Shown: positions 26,985-37,018, counted from the first letter of the stretch. The stretch: 54,137 nt of DNA from Methanocella sp. (GCA_050261115.1 JBLNCY010000052.1:1-54137); one strand, 5' to 3'. Notes: generated from the letters alone by a model not told the origin. A program made the numbers and translations.

Positions 26985-28928
26985 CTACATTCTTTCTGGC
27001 GCAGTAACACCTAGAAGGTTTAGGGCATTTCGCATGACGGTTTGGATGGCTTTGGTTAAGGCGAGGCGTGCATCGGAGAGTTCAGGGTTATCTGCCTTCA
27101 GAACGGGGTAGGCGTTGTAGAAGGTGTTGAATTTATCCGCTAAGGCGTTGGCGTAGTCGGCTATCATGGCGGGTTTTAGGTACTCGGTGGCTTCGATGAA
27201 CATGTCGGGGAATCCCGCGAGGCTCAAGATAAGCTCTTTTTCTAGTTTCTCGACAAGTAGGCTCAGGCTGCTGTTTTGGGGTTCCCGTGCAGCTTTACGC
27301 AGGATACTGCAAGCCCGCGCATGAGTATACTGCACATAAGGGGCACTGTTAGTCTCAAAATTAAGCACTCGCTCCCAAGTAAACACCACAGGCTTACCAG
27401 GATCAACATCGATGAGTGCATAGCGGACCGCGCCTAGCCCAACGAAGTTGGCGATGTCACGCTTTTCCTCCTCGCTGAGCATGGGTGAGCGTTTAGAGAC
27501 TTCCTCGTAAGCGCGCTTAACCGCTTCATCAAGCACCTCATCAAAAGTGATGTAGTGCCCACGCCGACTACTCATCTTGTAGCCTGGCAAGGTAACAAGG
27601 TTATAGGCGAAGTGAACAAGATTATCCGCCTCTTTAGTGTAGCCTAACGCGTAGAGTGCAAGCTTGAGTTGCAACTGGGCCAAAGATTGCTCCATACCGA
27701 TGACGTTGATGACTTTCTGGGCTTGCTTGAATTTCCATATCGTGTAAGCGATGTCGCGGGTTGTGTAGAGGGTGGTTCCATCGCCCCGTACCAGCGTCAA
27801 TGGAGGGACCTCGGTGTTGCTGCTTAACCCAAGTTTACCCTTAAGATCAAGCATTCTGGCAGCTTTGTCAGCGTCGAATTGCAGTACGCCCTTCTCGTTT
27901 AGGATAAACGGTGTTGCCTCAAGCTTAGAGAGTACCTCGCTGACCTGGGGGGTCCAGACAAAGTCGCTTTCCCAATCCCACGAGTCATAGTTGACGCCGA
28001 CACGCTGCATTGTAGCGCGAAAACCGTCTAGGCAGAGGTTGCTGACTTCACGGATTAACTCTTTAGCGTTAGGTTGCCCGTCCTCGTAGGCGCGGTTTAA
28101 TCGGCTGATCTCGCCTTCAGGATCCTCATCTGAGCTGATTTCTTTGAGTAAGGTGTCGAATAGTTCGGGGTATTTCTCTCTGAGTTCCGCTGAGATGGAG
28201 ACCCATTCGTCGAGTTCCCTGTTTGCTTTTGCTAATTCCTCAGGGTTTTCAGCGTTCTTGCTTTGGAGTTTTTTGAGTCGGTTAATCTCGACAATGCAGC
28301 AGGTAACCGTGTAAATCTTACCCACAAAGTGATCCGCCTTCTCGGTTGGTTTAGGCTTGCCGAGCTTTGCGTATCCATAGGCTACGACGCTGGATTGGCG
28401 CCCAACATCATCAATATAGTAGTGCCGGGACACATCGTGGCCTCTTAGTTGGAGGATGCGGGCTAAGGTATCGCCGATGGTTGGGTTGCGCGCTTGCCCA
28501 ATATGGATGGGGTGAAGGGGATTGACGCTGGTGTGTTCTACGATTATTTTTTTCGGTTCAGCGGTTTTTATGTAGCCGTAGCTTTGGTCTAGTTGCTTAA
28601 TAGAGTTAAAGGTTAGAGCGCTAAATTTAGAGAAGTCAACATAGAAGTTGATGTATCCTGCGCCTGCAGGCTCCACCTTCTCGATCAAGTTAAACTCCGA
28701 CTTGTCAATTGCGTCCACGATACGTTTGGCTAAGTCGAGGGGTTTTTGCTTTAGTTGCTTAGCTAATTCAAAACACATTGAAGTGGAGAGTTGGCCATAT
28801 TCGATGTTGGGGGTTTTCCTTAGCACTATGGCGGGTTTTTGGGTGTCTGGGAGGGTTTTCTCCATTGCGGCTGCTAATGCGTTTTGGCATTCCTCTCTGA
28901 ACAGCTCATAGGGGTTTTGTGCAATCAT
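26985..28928 (-). CDS. argS: Arginyl-tRNA synthetase
   Basis: VEHTSVNP..PIHIGQARN, DGTTLYTTRDIAY, KMSSRRG, PYVQYTHAR. Confidence 0.97.
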   Translation of the reverse strand: MIAQNPYELFREECQNALAAAMEKTLPDTQKPAIVLRKTPNIEYGQLSTSMCFELAKQLKQKPLDLAKRIVDAIDKSEFNLIEKVEPAGAGYINFYVDFSKFSALTFNSIKQLDQSYGYIKTAEPKKIIVEHTSVNPLHPIHIGQARNPTIGDTLARILQLRGHDVSRHYYIDDVGRQSSVVAYGYAKLGKPKPTEKADHFVGKIYTVTCCIVEINRLKKLQSKNAENPEELAKANRELDEWVSISAELREKYPELFDTLLKEISSDEDPEGEISRLNRAYEDGQPNAKELIREVSNLCLDGFRATMQRVGVNYDSWDWESDFVWTPQVSEVLSKLEATPFILNEKGVLQFDADKAARMLDLKGKLGLSSNTEVPPLTLVRGDGTTLYTTRDIAYTIWKFKQAQKVINVIGMEQSLAQLQLKLALYALGYTKEADNLVHFAYNLVTLPGYKMSSRRGHYITFDEVLDEAVKRAYEEVSKRSPMLSEEEKRDIANFVGLGAVRYALIDVDPGKPVVFTWERVLNFETNSAPYVQYTHARACSILRKAAREPQNSSLSLLVEKLEKELILSLAGFPDMFIEATEYLKPAMIADYANALADKFNTFYNAYPVLKADNPELSDARLALTKAIQTVMRNALNLLGVTAPERM

Positions 28929-29025
28929 TAGATTCTGCGCTCCAAGATTAGTTACTAAAATAACGTTAGCAGGGTTATATTTTAAATGCGATGGCAGTGC
29001 AATAATACATTGGATGCAGTAAGCG

Positions 29026-29874
29026 ATGAATACGAAGATAGTCTATTCAGAAAGATGTTTAGGCTATGGCACATGGCACATCGAGGGCCCCCAAAGAGTG
29101 AAAATTGCACACGACATTTTAGCAGAGAAAGGCTATAGTTTTGTAACGCCAACCGTCGCCACCGAAGATGAAGCGTTGTCTGTCCATGACATGGAGTACC
29201 TATGGAACCTCAAAAAAGGTTTAGTAGAAGACGGCGACACCCCCGCATATGATAACATCATCGAAATCGCCCTGCTCTCAGCGGGTGCAGCGATAACGGC
29301 GTCAAAAATCGGGGGCTTCTCGTTGACTCGCCCCCCGGGACACCACTGTGGCAGATACGGAGCGGCTCTGGGCGTCTACACCAGGGGGTTTTGCTATCTA
29401 AATAACGTCGCCATTGCCGTGAAAGAGTCGGGTAAGAAAACGTTGATTTTAGACATCGACGGCCATCACGGTAACGGTACGCAGGAAATATATCTCTGCG
29501 ACCCCCAAGTTACCTATGTTTCGGTTCATCAGTCACCCAACTACCCCGGAACAGGAGGCGCCTCAGAAGCCAACTGCATCAACTTCGCTTTGCAGCCCAA
29601 CGTGGGTAGCGTTGCCTATTTTGAGACGCTCGATAAGGCGCTTAGCTGCATCAACCCAGGGGATTATGAGCAGATGGCGGTCTCCGCGGGGTTTGACACG
29701 CATAGCTGCGATTTAGCCTCGTTGGGGCTTGTTACAGAGGACTACTATCAAATCGGGAAACGAATCGCCAAGATGGGTTTACCGACCTTTTTTGTACTGG
29801 AAGGCGGCTACAATGGACAAAACGTTGGGTTAGATATAGATAGTTTCTTGAGGGGTTACGAAGAAAACCGTTAA
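29026..29874 (+). CDS. Histone deacetylase/AcuC-family amidohydrolase
   Basis: RPPGHH, GFCYLNN, DIDGHHGNGTQ, SAGFD, LEGGY. Confidence 0.93.
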   Translation: MNTKIVYSERCLGYGTWHIEGPQRVKIAHDILAEKGYSFVTPTVATEDEALSVHDMEYLWNLKKGLVEDGDTPAYDNIIEIALLSAGAAITASKIGGFSLTRPPGHHCGRYGAALGVYTRGFCYLNNVAIAVKESGKKTLILDIDGHHGNGTQEIYLCDPQVTYVSVHQSPNYPGTGGASEANCINFALQPNVGSVAYFETLDKALSCINPGDYEQMAVSAGFDTHSCDLASLGLVTEDYYQIGKRIAKMGLPTFFVLEGGYNGQNVGLDIDSFLRGYEENR

Positions 29875-29898
29875 CCCCAAAAAATGGACTAGTGATGT

Positions 29899-30534
29899 TT
29901 AGTCTGTTTGTTGTTCAGCGGCTTTTTTGGCTGCGGCGCGTTTGTTTATGGTGTCGATTTTTTCTGCGATGCGTTCGCTGCGTTGCTCTGCGGCGGTGAT
30001 TAGGGGTTTCCAGTCTTTGCGTTTGACGACTTGGGCTAGGTGCTCGGTTTGTTCGGGTAATTTGGCGAGTGCCTCGTTGAAGAATTTGTCTGCTGCCTCG
30101 TCGCTGTCTACCGTGTCGAGGGCTTCCTCGGGGCAGGCTTGGATGCATTGGGGTTCGCCTTGGCAGAGGTTGCATGCGATGGCTTTGCCGGTTTCAGCGT
30201 TTATGGCTATACCGCCGTGTGGGCAGGCTTGGACGCACCAGTCGCAGCCTTTGCATTTCTTCTCGTCAATGATTAGTAGGCTGTTAACTTCGCTTTGTGT
30301 GATGGCGCGTTCTGGGCATGCTTTTACGCATCTGGCGTCATGGCAGCCGCGGCAGGTTAGGGCGAAGTTGAATACTGGTGCCATACGGACTACGCGGATT
30401 CTGCTACGAATGGGGTTCCAGTTGTTTACTTCACCTTTATCAGATGAGCAGGCATATTCACAGATTCCGCAGCCGATACATTTGCTGGGGTCCACTGCGA
30501 CGAATTTTCTGGGTAATGTTTTAGCGGACGACAT
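29899..30534 (-). CDS. 4Fe-4S dicluster electron-transfer protein (DmsB/CooF-like) with helical tail
   Basis: Four Cys clusters: CIGCGICEYAC, CRGC..ARCVKACP, CKGCDWCVQACP, CNLC...PQCIQACP. Confidence 0.88.
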   Translation of the reverse strand: MSSAKTLPRKFVAVDPSKCIGCGICEYACSSDKGEVNNWNPIRSRIRVVRMAPVFNFALTCRGCHDARCVKACPERAITQSEVNSLLIIDEKKCKGCDWCVQACPHGGIAINAETGKAIACNLCQGEPQCIQACPEEALDTVDSDEAADKFFNEALAKLPEQTEHLAQVVKRKDWKPLITAAEQRSERIAEKIDTINKRAAAKKAAEQQTD

Positions 30535-31097
30535 GTTTGGCCAACCTTTGATGTTAAAGTATCACTGTGCATCATTTGCTTTTATGCCTTACCCAAGAAA
30601 AACAATTTTTCACCCACCTAAGCACGTTAAAACAATAATTTCGATTTAACGCTTGGTAATTTGATACTTGCCAGGGTGTTTTATTGCTATTCAATAGACC
30701 CCCTGCTCAAGAAGAAAGAGTAAATTTTGAATTAGAAAAGTATGGGGACATCATAAATTGGCCATTGATCAATCAGACAAACTCAGTTTAAGCCAATTAT
30801 ACGAAAAGATTGGAGATGAAGAACTAAAACGAATCGATGTTGGGACAGCTTTAATCAAGCCCTCTCTTTGTGCTCTAATTTGCCACTGCAATTCTAAACC
30901 AATGCCAAGTACTAACCGTAACTGCGGATTCTATGCTAGCCAGCTACATATAACTGATTGTCAACTCACTAAAACACGGAGAAACCGTCACCCATAAGCC
31001 AAATCGCATAGGCGCCACCTTACGCCATATCATCGAGGATATAACTTGGTGTCAGAGACTTAATTACAAGTCAGCCTAAACACAGTGCGGTGAGAAT

Positions 31098-31308
31098 ATG
31101 TTCAGCAAGATAGAATTAGAATACCTTAGAACCCTCGAAAGTTCAATGCAGCTTACGCGCGGGTGCTGTGTCACCACATAAAACGCTAAAAGTGCTCAAC
31201 TGCGCGAGGCGCTATTGTTGCTTCAGGGTAACGGAATAAGTTGTAACGGCGTTACGGAATATTGTAACGCTAATCAGAGCACAAATCAAGCTCTAAATAG
31301 TAAAATGA
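31098..31308 (+). pseudogene. Frameshifted ORF reading into the tRNA-Arg antisense strand; candidate integrase N-fragment or element scar
   Basis: GGTGA SD plus ATG; segments MFSKIELEYLR / KFNAAYARVL..HIK / AKSAQLREALLLLQGNGISCNGVTEYCN...MAGPLGFEPR lie in three frames. Confidence 0.45.
31228..31270. repeat. Imperfect tandem repeat containing palindrome GCGTTAC-GGAATATT-GTAACGC
   Basis: GTAACGGAATAAGTTGTAACGGC followed by GTTACGGAATATTGTAACGC. Confidence 0.7.
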
Positions 31309-31387
31309 TGGCGGGCCCGCTGGGATTTGAACCCAGGACCTCCAGCTCCGCAGGCTGGTGTCATAATCCGTACTAGACGACAGGCCC
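31309..31387 (-). tRNA. tRNA-Arg(GCG), CCA encoded, no intron
   Basis: Acceptor GGGCCTG/CGGGCCC-G-CCA; anticodon arm CCAGC-CT-GCG-GA-GCTGG; T arm CTGGG-TTCAAAT-CCCAG. Confidence 0.96.
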
Positions 31388-31520
31388 ACATTTTTGCACC
31401 CCAAAACCGTAGGGCAGAATAGTAAATACCGAGCTTAAACTTAAGATTAGTGGTGCCAAAAGCCACGATATAGTATTTTAGGGAACGTTCTCTGGATTCT
31501 CCCAAAAAGGGAAGGGAGGT

Positions 31521-33143
31521 TTAGGGTTCTTTTTTGCCGCTTAGTACCCGCTCAAGCGCCGCTAACACGTTATCTTTGCCCATAGCTAACACGTAGGGGC
31601 CGAGCCTTGGGCCTTGAGGTGCACCAAGAAGGATTTGGTAGAATATTTTGAAGAGTGCGGCTGGTTTTAGGCCGTTGTCTTTGGCGGAGGTGAAGATGGC
31701 GTTTTGGATGGCGTCGGCGTCGGTTTCGGTTTTTAGTTTCTCGATGAATTCAGCGATTGCTTTGCGTTCGGTGACTGAGAGTTCAATTGTGGATTCTTTG
31801 ATTTCCTCGAAATCCTGGGTCCAGTTTAGGGCGTACTGTATGCGCTGCTGCAAGCCTTCGTCGAGTGCTTGACCTTTTTGGAGGTAGCCGTAGGTTTGCA
31901 GTTTTTCAGCGACGTAGTCGTTGATGGAGTCTTTGGGCGCCATCTTGACTAGGAAAGCCATAAGGTTGTAGGGCACATGGATGCCAGGTTTTGTGGGCGG
32001 CTTCATGACATAGCAGTACCGGAAGAGGCCCTTGAGACGTATGGCTTCTTTTTCGCCAACCTGCTTTTTCCCAAAGTAAACGTCTTCTAGGTAGTCCAAC
32101 TCGTTCATGTAGGAGGGTATATCGGAGACATCCAGCGACCGCGTTCCCACAAAACGCTTAAGCATCAACAGCAACAGCGACTGAGGGGACCCATATCGGA
32201 ACCAGACTTGTGGCGTAAACACGTTACCCGCCGACTTGCTGATTTTTTTCCCGCCCTTATCAAGAAACATCTCATACATGGCATGGCTAGGCGGCTCAAA
32301 CTCCAGCACTTCCCGGCAGATGCGGTCGTTTATGCGAACAGAGTCCGCGATGTCTTTGCCGTAGGCTTCAAACCGTATGTCGAGTGCACGCCATCGCGCG
32401 GCAAATTCGCTTTTCCAGGTAAGTTTGCCTTGTCCGCTTTTGATGTCTACTTCGCCTTCATGTCCGCAGCCAGGGATGAGTTTGCCGCGGATTTCCAGCC
32501 CCTCGCATTTGTAGGTGACTTTGTCGGTTTTTGGGTCAAATTTGTAGGCGCGGGTGGTATAGAGGTGGCCGCATTTCTCGCAGACCGCAAAGAAGGGCAG
32601 GACTTCGCTGTAGGTTTCCTGTCCAACTTCTTCTTTGATGATTTCACCGACTTTTTTGGCATTAGTTAAGATTGTGCGGATTTCGTTTAGGAGGAGGCCT
32701 TTGTCGTAGGCGTCCTTGGCGCTATAGTACTTGTATTCGATGCCGCACTTATCGAGCGCTTCTAGGAGGAGACTGCTCATGTGTTTGCCGTAGCTTTCAT
32801 GGCAGCCGAAGGGGTCGGGGATGGTGGAAACGGAGTAGCCAAGGTATTTTTCGAGTTTCTGCGCCATATCTGAAGGTAGCCCAGCGGGGACTTTTCGGAG
32901 GCCGTCTTTGTCGTCGCAGAAGGCTACAAGCTCCGAGTTGCAATCCATCTCTCTGAGTGCCAAGGTGACTGCATAGCTGCGGCTGGCATCACCCAAGCTT
33001 CCAATATGCGGGAAACCGCTGGCGCCCAAACCCATTTCTGTTCGGATTTTACTTGTGTCCCGCTTTAGTGACTGTTCACGTTCGATGACTTTCTTGGCCA
33101 TCATGTCATACCATGTGCCGTGACCGATGATTTCTTCAGACAT
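31521..33143 (-). CDS. lysS: Class I lysyl-tRNA synthetase
   Basis: GASGFPHIGS, DDKDGLRKVP, IPDPFG, EAYGKD, KISKSAGN, GPRLG. Confidence 0.96.
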   Translation of the reverse strand: MSEEIIGHGTWYDMMAKKVIEREQSLKRDTSKIRTEMGLGASGFPHIGSLGDASRSYAVTLALREMDCNSELVAFCDDKDGLRKVPAGLPSDMAQKLEKYLGYSVSTIPDPFGCHESYGKHMSSLLLEALDKCGIEYKYYSAKDAYDKGLLLNEIRTILTNAKKVGEIIKEEVGQETYSEVLPFFAVCEKCGHLYTTRAYKFDPKTDKVTYKCEGLEIRGKLIPGCGHEGEVDIKSGQGKLTWKSEFAARWRALDIRFEAYGKDIADSVRINDRICREVLEFEPPSHAMYEMFLDKGGKKISKSAGNVFTPQVWFRYGSPQSLLLLMLKRFVGTRSLDVSDIPSYMNELDYLEDVYFGKKQVGEKEAIRLKGLFRYCYVMKPPTKPGIHVPYNLMAFLVKMAPKDSINDYVAEKLQTYGYLQKGQALDEGLQQRIQYALNWTQDFEEIKESTIELSVTERKAIAEFIEKLKTETDADAIQNAIFTSAKDNGLKPAALFKIFYQILLGAPQGPRLGPYVLAMGKDNVLAALERVLSGKKEP

Positions 33144-33247
33144 CAACTTTTCCTTCTGCACAACTTCTACTGCGGAGCTATAGAAAAATGTTTAGAACCC
33201 CACAAGGCGATTGGGGTCACCTCGCATGCTATTGAGGAAGCAGCAGT

Positions 33248-35596
33248 TTAAGGCGTCTTTTGCTTGAATAGCCAGATTTTCCTTGACATCCAATACAGCA
33301 AGCTACCTATAGCAAAGGCAAACGCAGGGTAGACGGGGAGGATGTAGTAGGGCATCTTTGTCTGCGCAACCGTGAACACAGCAAAAACCACGGCGACCCA
33401 GGTGACGATTAAGGCGTCGCTTTTGGAACGTTTAAGGGCCCAATAAGCTGATAAGCCCAGGCCAAAGGGCAAAAGCGCCATCCATAGCGGGTTCTCGTTT
33501 GTGGCTAAGTAGTTGAAGTAGAACAGGATGTCTCCTTGGTGGCCCTCGATTGGATTGACTACCCGCTCAAAGGTGGAGTAGGTGAAATAGTAGCCCCAAA
33601 ACTCCGAGCCAAAGTTAACATGCATCACAATTAGGTAGGGAGCAACCACCACAAGCGCCATTGTCAAAAACAGCAGAAACCGCCTGGTGAAGAGGGGTTT
33701 AAAACTTTTCGCTGTCAGTACGAGATATAAGCCTGCTATGGCGGGGATCAGTAGCGCTTCGGTCTGTTTAGTCATCAAAGCTAAACCAAAGAATACCCCG
33801 CCTAAACCAGCATATGCCAGGACGTTTTTGGCTTGGGGGGCGGATTTTTTGCTCAGCAACAGGAAGTAGAGGCTAGCCAGCATAAAGAATAGCAGCGGCA
33901 CATCGGTCATGTAGCGAGTTGCAAACGTGACAAACATCACGCAGGTTGCCAAAACCACAACCGATAGCACCCCCACAGCGCGATTGTAGAGCAGTTTTCC
34001 CAGATGATACATCATAGCAAGGGATAATCCACCAAAGATTACGCTCCAGAAGCGAGCGGCAAAGTTGGTTGCGCCAAAAACTTGGTAAGCAACCGACACC
34101 AGCCACATGGTTAACGGCGGTTTACCAATCCACAGTGAGACCACGCCAAAGTTCCAGGGAGTCAGGTAGTCGCCTGTTTTTAGCATGTGAAATGACCATT
34201 GGGCGTAGGTTTGCTCATCAGCAGGCCACATCGGAGCATTATCCAAGTTGACAAACAGCAGCGCCGAGCAAGCCAGAATTACTATGACAACTAGCAGGTC
34301 GAGGTGCGCCTTGTACCATGGCTGCTTTGGGGTTTGGACGTTTAGGGGTTTTTCTTTGCGTTTATGCAAAACGTAAGCCGCCGGCACAACAGAGGCAAAC
34401 ACCGCAAAAAGAGCCACGTCTAAGATGATGGTGGATAGCGCCCAAGAATCCAGGGCTAGCAGCGGGGGGTTGTCGGCGGTGGCGTTGAGGAGAGTTAGCG
34501 CGTAGACTTTGCGGTCGCTGGAGCCAATGTAGAGGGTGTTGTTGGCAATCGAGGGCGAGGAGTTCACGGCTTCTTCGGTAGCAAAGCTCCATTTGACGGC
34601 CCCTGTGTAGGCGTCAAGACAGTAGACATTGCAGTCCTGGGAGCCAACATAGAGGTTGCCATCTGCAACGGCGGGTGAAGAGCAAATCCAAAAGCCCGTG
34701 GCAGTGCACCAGACTAGACTGCCAGCGATGGCATCGAGGCAGTATACGTTGTTGTCTTCCGAAGCCACATAGACATAGCCATAAGCGGCGGCTGGTGAGG
34801 AAACGATGAAGCCATGGGTGACATGCCGCCAGTTTTCTGTGCCAGTGTGGGCGTTGAAGCTGTAGAGGGCGCCGTCGGTTGAGCCAATGTACACCGAGCC
34901 GTTGTAGGTGGCGGGAGAGTTGCTGCCGCTTGATGTGAAAGCATGCCAGACCAGCTCTAGGGTGCTTGCGTTTAGGGCGTAGAGGTAGTATTCTGAGCTA
35001 AAATACAGCAATCCTTCGGCGTAGGCTGGTGCGGAGTTGATGGTGCCGACCGCTTGGAAAAAAGACAGCACCGTTCCAGAGGAAGCTTCTAAGCAGTAGA
35101 GGCGGGCGTTTGAAGAACCCACATAAATGTAGTCGCCAAGAACCAGGGGCGATGACCAGAGGGCGCCATTAAGGTTAGTTTCCCAGACAAGTCTGCCAGT
35201 ATCAGCCTCTATGCATGAGAAGTTGCCTTTGCTTGAGCTTACATAGAGATGCCCGTCGCTTACGGCAGGCGTTGAGAAACTGCCACCGACATCGCCGAAG
35301 TATTGCCACATTATGTTTCCGCTTGTCGCATTTAGGCAGTAGAGGTATCCGTCTCCCCCACCCACATATACGTAGTCCCCTGTAACTATTGGAGAGGACC
35401 ACACAGACGCGCCTGTCTGGAAGGTCCACAAGAGCTGGGCAGAATCGGTTGCATCGCCGATGTGGGTGGAGCCTGAACGTGCGATGTCATGTTGGAACAT
35501 CGGCCAGTCATTTGGGGCGGCTTGGACTAAACTGCAGGTCTGCGATATAGTAAGCAGCAGGAGTAGGATTATTAGCAAGCTATTGCGCCGTCTCAT
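33248..35596 (-). CDS. Fusion: secreted PQQ-like (BamB-type) beta-propeller plus ArnT/GT39-type (GT-C) glycosyltransferase
   Basis: Signal peptide, WPMFQHD, about 8 SSP...YVGS.D..YCL.A..G...W repeats; then multi-TM with DEQTYA, GDYLTP, KPPL, ARF, D.PL, KMPYYILP. Confidence 0.87.
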   Translation of the reverse strand: MRRRNSLLIILLLLLTISQTCSLVQAAPNDWPMFQHDIARSGSTHIGDATDSAQLLWTFQTGASVWSSPIVTGDYVYVGGGDGYLYCLNATSGNIMWQYFGDVGGSFSTPAVSDGHLYVSSSKGNFSCIEADTGRLVWETNLNGALWSSPLVLGDYIYVGSSNARLYCLEASSGTVLSFFQAVGTINSAPAYAEGLLYFSSEYYLYALNASTLELVWHAFTSSGSNSPATYNGSVYIGSTDGALYSFNAHTGTENWRHVTHGFIVSSPAAAYGYVYVASEDNNVYCLDAIAGSLVWCTATGFWICSSPAVADGNLYVGSQDCNVYCLDAYTGAVKWSFATEEAVNSSPSIANNTLYIGSSDRKVYALTLLNATADNPPLLALDSWALSTIILDVALFAVFASVVPAAYVLHKRKEKPLNVQTPKQPWYKAHLDLLVVIVILACSALLFVNLDNAPMWPADEQTYAQWSFHMLKTGDYLTPWNFGVVSLWIGKPPLTMWLVSVAYQVFGATNFAARFWSVIFGGLSLAMMYHLGKLLYNRAVGVLSVVVLATCVMFVTFATRYMTDVPLLFFMLASLYFLLLSKKSAPQAKNVLAYAGLGGVFFGLALMTKQTEALLIPAIAGLYLVLTAKSFKPLFTRRFLLFLTMALVVVAPYLIVMHVNFGSEFWGYYFTYSTFERVVNPIEGHQGDILFYFNYLATNENPLWMALLPFGLGLSAYWALKRSKSDALIVTWVAVVFAVFTVAQTKMPYYILPVYPAFAFAIGSLLYWMSRKIWLFKQKTP

Positions 35597-35681
35597 CTGG
35601 TACCCGTACCATAAGGGATAGCCTAATGCTAATTTAAATTATGGGAACCAACAGACAGAAAACAAAAAGAGAAAGAAAGGG

Positions 35682-36023
35682 CTATTTGCGCCTCAGCGCA
35701 GCGGTGATTGCTAAACCCGCAACAACCAATAGCACCACTATCAGCGAGTAGAGCCAGTTGATGCTAAATAGCATCCAAGCGCCACCCACCGCAATTGCAA
35801 CTAACCCAAGCGCTACAGTACTAAAGGGGCTGCGTTCATACTTTACTGGTTTGCCCATTCTTATGGCGCCCAACACGAGGAACCATAATCCATTGAGTAA
35901 GATTACTACCGGCACAATCAATGGCCAATCAATCAACCCTGCAACATAGAGCAATACTGCAACGACTATGGTGATGAAGAAGACGCCGACGGTTAGCAGC
36001 GTCCGACTGTTTCCATCACTCAT
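35682..36023 (-). CDS. Small 4-TM membrane protein
   Basis: Four hydrophobic segments; GGAGA SD; 14 nt downstream of the SPFH gene. Confidence 0.8.
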   Translation of the reverse strand: MSDGNSRTLLTVGVFFITIVVAVLLYVAGLIDWPLIVPVVILLNGLWFLVLGAIRMGKPVKYERSPFSTVALGLVAIAVGGAWMLFSINWLYSLIVVLLVVAGLAITAALRRK

Positions 36024-36037
36024 GGCGTCTGTCTCCC

Positions 36038-37018
36038 CTATTGGATTTTTTGTCCACATTCAGGGCAGAATTTGCTGTTGGCAGGGATAGATTTGCCGCA
36101 GTTGGGACAGGTCATTGTGTTCTGCGAGGGGGGGGTTAGGTTGGTTCCGCAGTTGGGGCAGAATTTGCTGGTGGCAGGTACTTTTTCGCCGCATTTGGGG
36201 CAGATGACTAGCGCTGCTGCGGGTGCTGCTTGGGGTGCGCCTTGCTGATTCATAATCTGTGGAATTAGGACCATGCCTGCGCCGAGGGCGCCTGAGCCGC
36301 CTCCGCCTTGACCCAGGCTCTCTGCTGCACTTTTCACCGTCTCCATGCGAAGTACGTCGCCTGCGGGGGTGTTACCGGTTTTTAGCCAGAAGAGGCGTTC
36401 ACGGTACTCGGGGGTGGTATCGATGCCTTCGAATCTCAGGTCGGTTAATTCGATACCGACACGTTTGAAGTAGTCGATTAGGGTGTTTTTGACGATGATG
36501 CTGGTCTCGTTTAGGCGTGTGAATACTGTTACTAGGTCGTAGTGGCTGAGTTCGTTAATAATTTTCTCGTTGAGGAAACCGCGGAGGAAATCGTTTACGC
36601 CCTGGGTGGTGAAGACTTTCTGTCCACCAACGACTTCGTTGACAAACAATGAAGCGTCAGCAATTTTGAACCAGAATTGCCCATAAACCTGCAAGGGGGC
36701 TAGCTCGGTGGTTTGTGCACGGGTACCCCATTTGCCTGCAAAGATTTTTGTGCTGATAAAGAGCACTGTTGCAGTGAAGGGTTTGTTGCTTCCAAAACCG
36801 GCCAACCGCGTCAGCAAGCCCGTTAGCAGAGGCAGGTTTAGGGTGGTTAGGGTGTGGCGTCCGGGGCCGAAAACGTCGTAAGCTTTGCCGTCTCGGAAGA
36901 ACACGGCCATCTCGTATTCTTTAACAATTAGTTGTGCGCCCCAGGTTATGTTGTTTTCTGGGTGACGATAAACTATGTCTTCAGGACCCACGTTCGTCCA
37001 TTCAAGTACTTGTGGCAT
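36038..37018 (-). CDS. SPFH/band-7 domain protein (YdjI-like) with C-terminal double Zn ribbons
   Basis: IVYRHP..NI..GAQLIVKEYEMAVFFRDGK..D.FGPGRHTL.T.NLP, KWGT; four CPxCG motifs. Confidence 0.88.
   Translation of the reverse strand: MPQVLEWTNVGPEDIVYRHPENNITWGAQLIVKEYEMAVFFRDGKAYDVFGPGRHTLTTLNLPLLTGLLTRLAGFGSNKPFTATVLFISTKIFAGKWGTRAQTTELAPLQVYGQFWFKIADASLFVNEVVGGQKVFTTQGVNDFLRGFLNEKIINELSHYDLVTVFTRLNETSIIVKNTLIDYFKRVGIELTDLRFEGIDTTPEYRERLFWLKTGNTPAGDVLRMETVKSAAESLGQGGGGSGALGAGMVLIPQIMNQQGAPQAAPAAALVICPKCGEKVPATSKFCPNCGTNLTPPSQNTMTCPNCGKSIPANSKFCPECGQKIQ

Noticed and set aside
29927-30649. 240-aa plus-strand ORF
   Set aside because: Antisense shadow of the 4Fe-4S protein gene
31293-31505. 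70-aa minus-strand ORF
   Set aside because: Overlaps tRNA-Arg and its promoter
34480-35420. Repeated sequence blocks
   Set aside because: They are protein-level beta-propeller blades, not a DNA repeat element
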